A DNA stretch of 56,148 nucleotides from Thermoleophilaceae bacterium (lineage in GTDB: Bacteria > Actinomycetota > Thermoleophilia > Solirubrobacterales > Thermoleophilaceae), in assembly GCA_034663685.1 (NCBI GenBank), contig JAXDJC010000219.1, positions 1 to 56,148 of the forward strand, in the 5' to 3' direction. Of this stretch, positions 16,285-23,759 are shown one piece after another. The translations under genes were made by a program, and so were the position numbers. Position 1 is the stretch's first letter; the number at the start of each line of letters is the position of its first letter. The notes beneath the pieces were generated by a model. That model saw nothing but the letters and a program-made list of their open reading frames with translations, did no database searches and was not told the origin of the DNA.

Positions 16285-17165
16285 TGCCGCGCAGCGGGTT
16301 CGTGGCGCTGGCGGGGCGGCCGAACGTGGGCAAGTCCACGCTGCTGAACGCGTTCGTGGGGGAGAAGATCGCGATCGTCTCCAACCGCCCGCAGACCACG
16401 CGGCGGGCGATCCGCGGCATCGCCACCACCGGCGACTGGCAGCTCGTGCTGGTGGACCTGCCGGGCGTGCAGCGCCCGCGCGACCCTCTCACCGAGCGGA
16501 TGCAGCGCCGCATGGAGCAGGAGCTGCGCGACTCGGACGCGGCGCTGATGGTGCTGAACGGCCAGCAGGGCGTGGGCCCCGGAGACCGCTTCATCGCGCG
16601 GGCGATCGCTGCCGCGGGCGTGCCGCACGTGATCGCGGTCAACAAGGTGGACGTGCTCGACCGCCGCCAGGTGCTGGACGCGCTGGAGCAGGCGGCCACG
16701 CTGGAGCTCGACGGCGAGGTGTTCCCCGTGAGCGCCCTGCGCGGCGCGGGCGTGCCCGAGCTGGTGGAGGCGCTCGTGGCGCTGATGCCCGATGGCGAGT
16801 TCATGTACCCGGCGGACGAGCACACCGACCTGCCCGAGCGCGTGCGGCTGGCCGAGCTGATCCGCGAGCAGGTGCTGGCCCGCACGCGCGAGGAGCTGCC
16901 GCACGCGGTGGAGGTGGAGGTGGACGAGCCCGAGGAACGCGAGGACGGCCTGCTGGTGGTCACCGCCCGCGCCTGGGCCGAGACCGAGTCGCAGAAGGGG
17001 ATCCTGATCGGCGCCGGCGGCAAGATGGTGCGCGCGATCGGGAGCGCCTCACGGAAGGAGATGGAGGCGCTGCTGGGCCGCAAGGTGCACCTGGATCTGT
17101 CGGTGCGCGTGCGCAAGGGCTGGCGGCGCGACGACGCGCTGCTCGACAGACTGGGCATCGACTGA
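16284..17165 (+). CDS. era: GTPase Era
   Basis: GRPNVGKST, DLPG and NKVD G-motifs plus a C-terminal KH domain. ATGA overlap with ybeY. Confidence 0.95.
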   Translation: MPRSGFVALAGRPNVGKSTLLNAFVGEKIAIVSNRPQTTRRAIRGIATTGDWQLVLVDLPGVQRPRDPLTERMQRRMEQELRDSDAALMVLNGQQGVGPGDRFIARAIAAAGVPHVIAVNKVDVLDRRQVLDALEQAATLELDGEVFPVSALRGAGVPELVEALVALMPDGEFMYPADEHTDLPERVRLAELIREQVLARTREELPHAVEVEVDEPEEREDGLLVVTARAWAETESQKGILIGAGGKMVRAIGSASRKEMEALLGRKVHLDLSVRVRKGWRRDDALLDRLGID

Positions 17166-17182
17166 GCGAGCGGAGGAGCCCC

Positions 17183-18076
17183 ATGGACTACGAGACGCTG
17201 CTGTACGACGCCGACGGCGCGGTGGCCACGATCACGCTGAACCGGCCGGACACCCTCAACACGATCGTGCCGCCAATGCCGGAGGAGCTCGAGGCCGCCA
17301 TCAACGCCGCCTCGCGCGACGAGGCCGTGAAGGTGATCGTGCTGCGCGGCGCCGGGCGCTCGTTCTGCGCCGGGTTCGACTTCGCCGGCGGCTTCCATCA
17401 CTGGGACGCGAGCATGACCACCGACGGCGAGTGGGACCCGGGCAAGGACTTCATGTGGGGGAACGCCGCGGCCACCGGGCCGGTGCCCAAGTTCATGTCG
17501 ATCTGGCGCTCGCCCAAGCCCGTGATCGCGCAGGTGCATGGCTGGTGCGTGGGCGGCGGCAGCGACATGGCCCTCTGCGCCGACCTGATCGTGGCCTCCG
17601 ACGACGCCCGGATCGGCACGCCCTACTCGCGCATGTGGGGCTGCTACCTGACGGGGATGTGGATTCAGCGGCTGGGGCTGGCGCGCGTCAAGTGGCACGC
17701 GCTCACCGGCGCGCCGCTCTCGGGCGCCGAGGCGGCGGAGGTCGGGCTGATCAACATGTCCGTGCCGTTCGAGCGGCTCGAGGACGAGGTGACGGCGCTG
17801 GCCGGCCGGCTCGCTTCCGTGCCGCTCTCACAGCTCGCCGCCATGAAGCTCGTGGTCAACCAGGCCTACGAGAACCCGGGCATCGCCTCCACGCAGGTGC
17901 TTGGGACCACCCTCGACGGCCTGATGCGCAACACGCCCGACGCCAGGCGCTGGATCGAGCTGGTGGAGTCCGAGGGCGTGCGCGCCGCAATCGAGCAGCG
18001 CGACGGCCCGTTCGGCGACTACAGCCAGGCGCCGGCGGAGGGCAAGCCGGATCCGAGCCATGTGATCGAGCCGTAG
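17183..18076 (+). CDS. Enoyl-CoA hydratase/isomerase (crotonase) family protein
   Basis: ITLNRPDTLNT, GAGRSFCAGFD and VHGWCVGGGSDMAL motifs. Confidence 0.85.
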   Translation: MDYETLLYDADGAVATITLNRPDTLNTIVPPMPEELEAAINAASRDEAVKVIVLRGAGRSFCAGFDFAGGFHHWDASMTTDGEWDPGKDFMWGNAAATGPVPKFMSIWRSPKPVIAQVHGWCVGGGSDMALCADLIVASDDARIGTPYSRMWGCYLTGMWIQRLGLARVKWHALTGAPLSGAEAAEVGLINMSVPFERLEDEVTALAGRLASVPLSQLAAMKLVVNQAYENPGIASTQVLGTTLDGLMRNTPDARRWIELVESEGVRAAIEQRDGPFGDYSQAPAEGKPDPSHVIEP

Positions 18077-18088
18077 AGTGCGCGCCCG

Positions 18089-19060
18089 ATGAGGTTCCTG
18101 ATCACCGGTGGCGCCGGTTTCGTGGGCTCGCACCTCAGCGACGAGCTGCTCTCGCGCGGGCATCGCGTGCACGTGCTCGACGACCTCTCGACGGGCGGCA
18201 TCGACAACATCAGGCACCTCAAGGAGCGCGACGGGTTCGGGTACACGATCGAGTCCGCTTCGAACGCGCCGGTGGTGGCGGAGCTCGTGGACTCGGCGGA
18301 CGCGGTGTACCACCTGGCGGCCGCCGTGGGCGTGGAGCTGATCGTGGAGAGCCCCGTGCGCACCATCGAGACCAACGTTCACTGCACCGAGGTGGTGCTC
18401 GGCCAGGCGGCGAAGAAGAGGCGGCCCGTGTTCGTGGCGTCCACGAGCGAGGTCTACGGCAAGAGCACCGCGCTGCCCTACCGCGAGGACGGCGACCTGC
18501 TGCTCGGGCCGACGGTCAAGGGCCGCTGGTCGTACGCCTGCTCCAAGGCGATCGACGAGTTCCTCGCGCTGGCGTACTGGAAGGAGCGCAAGCTGCCAAC
18601 GGTGATCGGGCGCCTGTTCAACACCGTCGGCCCCCGGCAGACCGGCCGCTACGGGATGGTCATCCCCAACTTCGTGCGCCAGGCACTGGCGGCAAAGCCG
18701 CTCACGGTCCACGGCGACGGGACGCAGACGCGCTGCTTCTGCCACGTGCAGGACGTGGTGCGCGCGCTCGCAGACCTGATGGAGCGCGACGACGTGTACG
18801 GCGAGGTCTTCAACATCGGGGCCGAGGAGGAGATCTCGATCCAGGCGCTGGCCGAGCGGACGCGGCGGCTGGCCGGCTCCGAGGCCGAGATCGTGCACGT
18901 GCCCTACGACAAGGCCTACGAGGCCGGGTTCGAGGACATGCAGAGGCGCGTGCCCGACATCTCGAAGATCCGCGACCGGCTCGGCTGGGCGCCGGAGCGC
19001 ACTCTCGACGAGATCCTGGCCGACGTGCTCGAGTACCAGCGCGCTACGGGCGCGACCTAG
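18089..19060 (+). CDS. NAD-dependent nucleotide-sugar epimerase/dehydratase (extended SDR)
   Basis: TGGAGFVGSHL Rossmann motif, YACSK (YxxxK) catalytic motif and STSEVYG. Confidence 0.9.
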   Translation: MRFLITGGAGFVGSHLSDELLSRGHRVHVLDDLSTGGIDNIRHLKERDGFGYTIESASNAPVVAELVDSADAVYHLAAAVGVELIVESPVRTIETNVHCTEVVLGQAAKKRRPVFVASTSEVYGKSTALPYREDGDLLLGPTVKGRWSYACSKAIDEFLALAYWKERKLPTVIGRLFNTVGPRQTGRYGMVIPNFVRQALAAKPLTVHGDGTQTRCFCHVQDVVRALADLMERDDVYGEVFNIGAEEEISIQALAERTRRLAGSEAEIVHVPYDKAYEAGFEDMQRRVPDISKIRDRLGWAPERTLDEILADVLEYQRATGAT

Positions 19061-19400
19061 CTCGAGCGAGCGGCCGGCGCCGGAGCGCGGCGCGCAGCGC
19101 GGCTCCGAACATCACGAACGAGGAGCCGATGCCCGCGGCGACCAGTGCCGCGAAGCCGGTGAACGGCAGCTTGCTACCACCGCCGGGCACACCTCCGCCG
19201 CCTCCGAGGCCCCCTCCGCCGAGGCCTCCCGAATCCGACAGGCCTCCCGTGGAGACCTGGCCGGCGACCCCGTGGCCCAGCGGAGTGCTGAGCGCGGCGA
19301 CCACCAGGTTGGAGACCATCCCCGTGAAGTGGACGTGGACGTCGGCCGTCAACTGCAGCAGGGAGCCGTAGTCCTTTACGTGCGGCTTTGTGTACGTCAT
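19044..19400 (-). CDS. 118-aa LPXTG-type sorting-signal protein with a lasso-leader-like N-terminus
   Basis: These are the last 118 codons of the 871-aa track ORF, starting at ATG 19400 after GGTGA. C-terminus is LPFTG + hydrophobic helix + RRRPLARARSRP. A Gly-rich stalk precedes it. N-terminus is YTKPHVKDYGSLLQLTA. Confidence 0.65.
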   Translation of the reverse strand: MTYTKPHVKDYGSLLQLTADVHVHFTGMVSNLVVAALSTPLGHGVAGQVSTGGLSDSGGLGGGGLGGGGGVPGGGSKLPFTGFAALVAAGIGSSFVMFGAALRAALRRRPLARARSRP

Positions 19401-19450
19401 TGCTGTCACCGGCCTCACCCCAGGGGCCTCGTGCCCCTGCCCCTTCGAGG

Positions 19451-20374
19451 TCAAGATACATCCATGCGCCTGGATATGTGCTGATCGCCACGTCTCCAAA
19501 CGCGCAGTGCGTGCCAGGCCAGGTAGGCCCAGCGCCAGGCGTAGGCCGCGATCAGCCCGCGGCGCGACCTGCGCGCGAGCGGCGACCACCAGCGCATGAA
19601 CTCCGGCGACGGCAGTAGCTCGCCACGAAGAAGCGTGGCCTTCGGTCCCAGCCCCGGGGTCGTGCGCAGCCGCGCGAGGCCGGCCTCGACGGGCACGTCG
19701 GCAGGCCCTGCTGCCTCCGCGGACGGATCGACCCCGAGCCGAGCGAGCAGGCGCCGCCCGTCGGGGAGCAGGCCGAGGCCGGCCGCGAAGCAGGCCGTCG
19801 CTTCCATCCTCTCGGCCACCTCCAGCGCGCTGCGCCAGGAATCCTGGCCGGCGACGGCGAGCGCGCGGCGCAGATCCTCCAGCGGCTGGCCGGCGAGCGG
19901 GCCGTGGTGCCCGGCGTGCAGCGCCACGTGCGCGAGGCGGGCGGGCTCGCCGAGCACGCGCACGGTGCGGCGGCCGACCGACTGCTCCGTGGCGCCGGAG
20001 CGGAGGACCCGCCACGCGGCGCGCGGGTCGGCGGCCACGCCGGGCAGGGTCTCGTGCAGGTCCACCGCGAAGCCCTCCCGGTGCCAGGGCTGTGAGGGCG
20101 GCGACTCCATCCCAGGATGCGGCAGCGGGCCGAACTCGGGACGGAAGCCGAGCTCGGTGAGCGTCGCGCGCGCGGCCGCGATCCGGTCCGGGTCCACGAG
20201 CAGGTCGGAGTCTGCGTACCCCCGCAGCGCAGGGTCCTCGTACAGCCAGGTCGCGATCGACGGCCCCTTGAGGAGCACGGCGGCGACGTCCGCGGCCTCG
20301 AAGGCGGTCACCACCTCGGCCGTGACGGCGTCGACGGCCAGGGTCCACATCTCTCTGGCGGGCCGACCGTCCAC
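19451..20374 (-). CDS. Uncharacterised nucleotidyltransferase family protein (PF14907-like)
   Basis: VLLKGPSIATWLYEDPALRGYADSDLLVDPDRIAAARATLTELGF matches the remembered LKG...R...D-x-D-LLV...LG core pattern of NTP_transf_5. Confidence 0.7.
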   Translation of the reverse strand: MDGRPAREMWTLAVDAVTAEVVTAFEAADVAAVLLKGPSIATWLYEDPALRGYADSDLLVDPDRIAAARATLTELGFRPEFGPLPHPGMESPPSQPWHREGFAVDLHETLPGVAADPRAAWRVLRSGATEQSVGRRTVRVLGEPARLAHVALHAGHHGPLAGQPLEDLRRALAVAGQDSWRSALEVAERMEATACFAAGLGLLPDGRRLLARLGVDPSAEAAGPADVPVEAGLARLRTTPGLGPKATLLRGELLPSPEFMRWWSPLARRSRRGLIAAYAWRWAYLAWHALRVWRRGDQHISRRMDVS

Positions 20375-20386
20375 GGTCGCTCGGGC

Positions 20387-21622
20387 CTAGCGCGCCCTCC
20401 CGAGAAGGCGGTCGACCAGGCCGCCCCGGCGGATGAGCGGCTGGCGCGGGGGCAGGGCGGGCGGCGGCGCGGTGACCGCGGCCGGCGCCTCGGTGCGCTC
20501 GCCCGGCGACGGCCGCTGGGCGGCCACCGAGTCCACCGCGTCGCGGGTGTGCGTGAGCAGCTGCGCCGGGAGCACCTGGGTGTCCCCGCCCTCCTCCACC
20601 GCGGGCGTGTCCCCGGCGTGCCTGAGCGCGTTCGCCCCCGCCTCGCGGCCCACGATCTCCGCCAAGCCGGCGATCACCGCGGCCATGCCCATTCGGTTGA
20701 GGGCGTCGGACGCCGCGTCCCGGACGGGCTGTTCGTCGTCCTGGGTGGCGGTCAGGAGCGCGGGGACCGCGCGAGTGTGGTTGAGCGCGCCGGCCGCGCC
20801 GGCCGCCGAGCGGCGCATCTCGGGATCGTCGCTGCCGAGCTCGGCGATCACGGGCTCCACGATGCGCGCGTCGCCGAGGAAGCCCGCGGCGCGCACGAGC
20901 CCGGGGGACACGGCACCGTCGGTGAGCGGTCCGAGCACGCGGTCGGCCACGGCCGGGCCGAGCCGGCCCAGGATCGCCTCGGCGGTGCCTGCGGCGGTCG
21001 GTCCCGGAGGGTTGCGAAGCGCGGACACGGCGCGGTCGGCGATGGCGTCGCGCGCGCCCGGCCCGCGCGGGTCGGCCTGGAGGAGGCGGTCCAGCGTCTG
21101 GTGGTGCGATTCGTCGAGCGGCGGGGCGTCGGGGGCAAGCAGGCGCGCGACGAGCACCTCGGGCGCACCCTCGGCGCGCCAGTCCGTGAGCAGCTCCAGC
21201 GCCAGGGCCGCCGGCTCCTCGTGGCGGTCGGGGATGCCGATCGCGCAGTCGACCAGCGGCTCGATCACGGCGGGGCTGCCGAGCCCGCGCAGCGAGCCGA
21301 TGGCCGCGACCCGGACGGCCGGCTCGGGGTCCTTCAGCGCCCCGGCCAGGTCCGCCGTCACGTCGTCGGCGGGAAAGGCCGACAGCGCCTCGGCCGCCTG
21401 CACGCGCACGACCACGCCCACGTCCCACGCCACGCCGTCGTCGTCGGTCGCGAGCTCGCGGTAGCGCAGCGCGTCGCGCAAGCCGTCGAGCCGGCGCTTG
21501 CGCAGCAGCCGCGCGACGTTCGGTTTCCGGGAACCACCAAGACGCACCCGAGGAGAATAGTCCCGCTCGTGGCGCCGCGCGACCGCTGCAAGTGCTATCC
21601 CCAAGAGCTTGGCGGAAGGCAT
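20387..21622 (-). CDS. HEAT-repeat protein
   Basis: Repeated D-P-x-x-x-V-R-x-x-A-x-x-x-L units (DPEPAVRVAAIGSLRGLG, DDPEMRRSAAGAAGAL, DDEQPVRDAASDALNRMG). The chosen start is ATG 21622; the upstream part of the track ORF is Ala/Ser/Arg junk. Confidence 0.7.
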   Translation of the reverse strand: MPSAKLLGIALAAVARRHERDYSPRVRLGGSRKPNVARLLRKRRLDGLRDALRYRELATDDDGVAWDVGVVVRVQAAEALSAFPADDVTADLAGALKDPEPAVRVAAIGSLRGLGSPAVIEPLVDCAIGIPDRHEEPAALALELLTDWRAEGAPEVLVARLLAPDAPPLDESHHQTLDRLLQADPRGPGARDAIADRAVSALRNPPGPTAAGTAEAILGRLGPAVADRVLGPLTDGAVSPGLVRAAGFLGDARIVEPVIAELGSDDPEMRRSAAGAAGALNHTRAVPALLTATQDDEQPVRDAASDALNRMGMAAVIAGLAEIVGREAGANALRHAGDTPAVEEGGDTQVLPAQLLTHTRDAVDSVAAQRPSPGERTEAPAAVTAPPPALPPRQPLIRRGGLVDRLLGRAR

Positions 21623-22169
21623 TGGCACCGCAGCGGGACCGGAGTGGATCCTGTTCCATGACCGCTCGCTCGAGCCGCGCCTGGGCGCGACCGAGGCGCT
21701 CGCGGCGGCGCTCGAACGCGTGGCCGGGCTGCCGGAGCCGGCGCTGCTCGCGGGCGTGGTGGTGGACGGCGGCGGCCTGGTGGACCGGAGCCGGGCCGCC
21801 TGGTACCGCCGCGCGCCCACGGAGCTGGCGATGGCGGCCGCGGAGGTCCGGCTGCTGCCGATCCGCGCCACGGCGGGCCCCGCGCTCGTCCGCCGCTCGC
21901 TGGCGGAAGCGGATCCGCCGCCCGGCGGCGCGCGGGCGGAGCCGGGCGCCATGCTCGAGTGGACCGCGCGGCTGCTGCGCGACCGTGCCGGCTACCTGGT
22001 GCCCGAGGCCGAGTTCGTGGCTCCGGCCCCCCTGCGCGACCCGGCGCTCGACCCCCGCACGGCGGCGCGGCTCGTGACCGGCGGCGCGTTCACGGGCACG
22101 GATCGGATCAGGGTGGGGGCGGAGCTGATCGAGCGAGCCCGGCGGCGAGCGCGCGGCCCAGCGTCCTGA
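21609..22169 (+). pseudogene. N-terminally truncated GT2 paralog lacking the DxD motif (remnant or non-catalytic)
   Basis: Collinear with residues from about 85 onward of the convergent GT2 at 22108-22986. EWILFHDRSLEP aligns with DWIWLLDDDTVARP, LLPIRATAG with LLPLRATTF, and LEWTARLLRDRAGYLVPEA with IEYTARILRGATGYFVPAS. The nucleotide-binding half is missing. Confidence 0.45.
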
Positions 22170-22986
22170 CGCTGCCGGGGCTGGCGCGGTTGGCGCCCAG
22201 GTACTCGACGGCCGAGCGCAGGAGCGACCACGCCAGGGCCGGCTTCTCCTCCGGCGCCCAGGCCGAGCCGCGCAGCATGTAGACCGTGTTGCGGGCGTGG
22301 TGGAAGAAGCGGCGGTCGTCGCCCACGGCCGTGTGCTTCGACGGCGTACGGTGCTCCACCACGCTCGCCGGCACGAAGTAGCCGGTCGCCCCGCGGAGGA
22401 TGCGCGCCGTGTACTCGATGTCGTCGGCCTGGAAGAAGAAGTGGCGCAGCGGCAGGCCGGCGGCGTCCACCGCGGCGCGCGAGAGCAGCAGCGACACGAA
22501 GGTGGTGGCCCGCAGCGGCAGCAGCCCGCTCCGGACAGCGTCGACCAGTGCCTGTGGGTCGCGCCGCCTGATCGTGGGGCGGTTCATCGGGTGGGGCTCG
22601 CCGTCACGCCATTCGACTCGGCTCGCGAGCAGCGCGGGCGCTGCGGCTCCGTTCAGCGTCGACAGGGCGGCGAGCAGCTGCGCCAGCGCGTCGGGCCGCG
22701 CCACCGTGTCGTCGTCGAGCAGCCAGATCCAGTCGGCGCCGCCGGCGTGCGCCGCGCGGACCGCCTCGTGGTAGCCGCCGGCGCCGCCCACGTTCTCGGG
22801 CAGCTCGATCACCTCCACGCCGGGGAACTCCTGCGCCAGCATGGCGGCGGTGCCGTCGCTGCTTGCGTTGTCGACCACCAGCACGCCATCGGGCGGCCGG
22901 TCCTGGGCGAGCACCGCCGCGAGCGTCTGGCGAAGCACATCGCGGCGGTTGTGTGTGACGAGGGCCGCGACGACCCTCGCGCTCAT
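22108..22986 (-). CDS. Glycosyltransferase family 2
   Basis: VVAALVTHNRRD, VVDNASSDGT and LLDDDT (DxD) motifs. ATG at 22986, ATGA-coupled to the upstream wzz-like gene. Confidence 0.85.
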   Translation of the reverse strand: MSARVVAALVTHNRRDVLRQTLAAVLAQDRPPDGVLVVDNASSDGTAAMLAQEFPGVEVIELPENVGGAGGYHEAVRAAHAGGADWIWLLDDDTVARPDALAQLLAALSTLNGAAAPALLASRVEWRDGEPHPMNRPTIRRRDPQALVDAVRSGLLPLRATTFVSLLLSRAAVDAAGLPLRHFFFQADDIEYTARILRGATGYFVPASVVEHRTPSKHTAVGDDRRFFHHARNTVYMLRGSAWAPEEKPALAWSLLRSAVEYLGANRASPGSVRTLGRALAAGLARSAPPPP

Positions 22987-23759
22987 GGCGGCGGCGGTCC
23001 GTGCGACGCGGGGCGAGCGGACATCTGGCGCGCGGCGTCCACGTCGGAGCGGTTGCGCCCGCCGGAGCGCAGCGCCACGAGGCCGGCGCCGACGGCGAGG
23101 CCGAAGAGGGCTCCGAACACGGCGCTCTGTGTGGGCTTGGGGCTCACCGGGATGGTCGACGGGCGCGGCTCCTCGATCAGCTGCGGCCCGGCCGTCCCGA
23201 CACGGGCGAGCGTGTCGAGCTGGGCAATCTGGTCCTGTATCGCCTGTCCGCGCGGCCCGGCTTGGTCGACGCTGGAGAGCGACCCGTAGCGGCTCTGGAG
23301 TACCCGCTTGACCCCCAGCGCGCGTGCGGTGTCGCGCTCGCGCTTGACCTTGTAGTAGGTGGTGACGTAGTCCTTCGCGAGGACGGCTGCCACGAATCCG
23401 TTCGAGGTGGTCGCGACGACCTCCACGATCAGGGTGTCGCGGACCGGGCGCGCTTCGACATCGGCTGCGACCTCGCCGGGCGTCATCTTCAGGATGGGGT
23501 AGTCCTTCGCGGTCCGGATAGCCACGTCGAGCGAGTTCATGTCGAAGGCGGCGGTGGCCAGCTTGATCTCCTCCTTCACGTCGGGTTCGCCGAACTGCGG
23601 CCCGAGGACCTGGAGCGCCGGCGGCGCTCCCTTCGCGAAGTACAGCCGCGCGATGGACTCGTAGTGGTCCGGTTGGCGCGAGGACAGGACGTAGGCGACG
23701 CCGCCGACGAGAACCGCGATTCCGAGGACGAGGAGCACGTTGACCGACCTGCGGCTCAT
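22983..23759 (-). CDS. Polysaccharide chain-length determinant (Wzz/PCP-like) protein
   Basis: N-terminal and C-terminal TM helices flank a soluble coiled region. Lies between the Wzy-like gene and a GT2. Confidence 0.7.
   Translation of the reverse strand: MSRRSVNVLLVLGIAVLVGGVAYVLSSRQPDHYESIARLYFAKGAPPALQVLGPQFGEPDVKEEIKLATAAFDMNSLDVAIRTAKDYPILKMTPGEVAADVEARPVRDTLIVEVVATTSNGFVAAVLAKDYVTTYYKVKRERDTARALGVKRVLQSRYGSLSSVDQAGPRGQAIQDQIAQLDTLARVGTAGPQLIEEPRPSTIPVSPKPTQSAVFGALFGLAVGAGLVALRSGGRNRSDVDAARQMSARPASHGPPPP

Noticed and set aside
19044-19400. Interpretation as a canonical lasso-peptide precursor or biosynthetic cluster.
   Set aside because: The window has no lasso cyclase (asparagine-synthetase-like), no transglutaminase-like leader peptidase and no PqqD-like gene. 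The residues after the putative leader lack an N-terminal Gly/Ala/Ser/Cys and an Asp/Glu at positions 7-9. The product is about 100 aa with a sorting signal. Only the resemblance to the leader motif is retained as a finding.
19401-21659. The upstream 753 codons of the 871-aa minus-strand track ORF 19044-21659.
   Set aside because: The translation is Arg/Gly/Pro junk and overlaps the well-formed nucleotidyltransferase and HEAT-repeat frames. Only the last 118 codons (from ATG 19400) look like a real protein.
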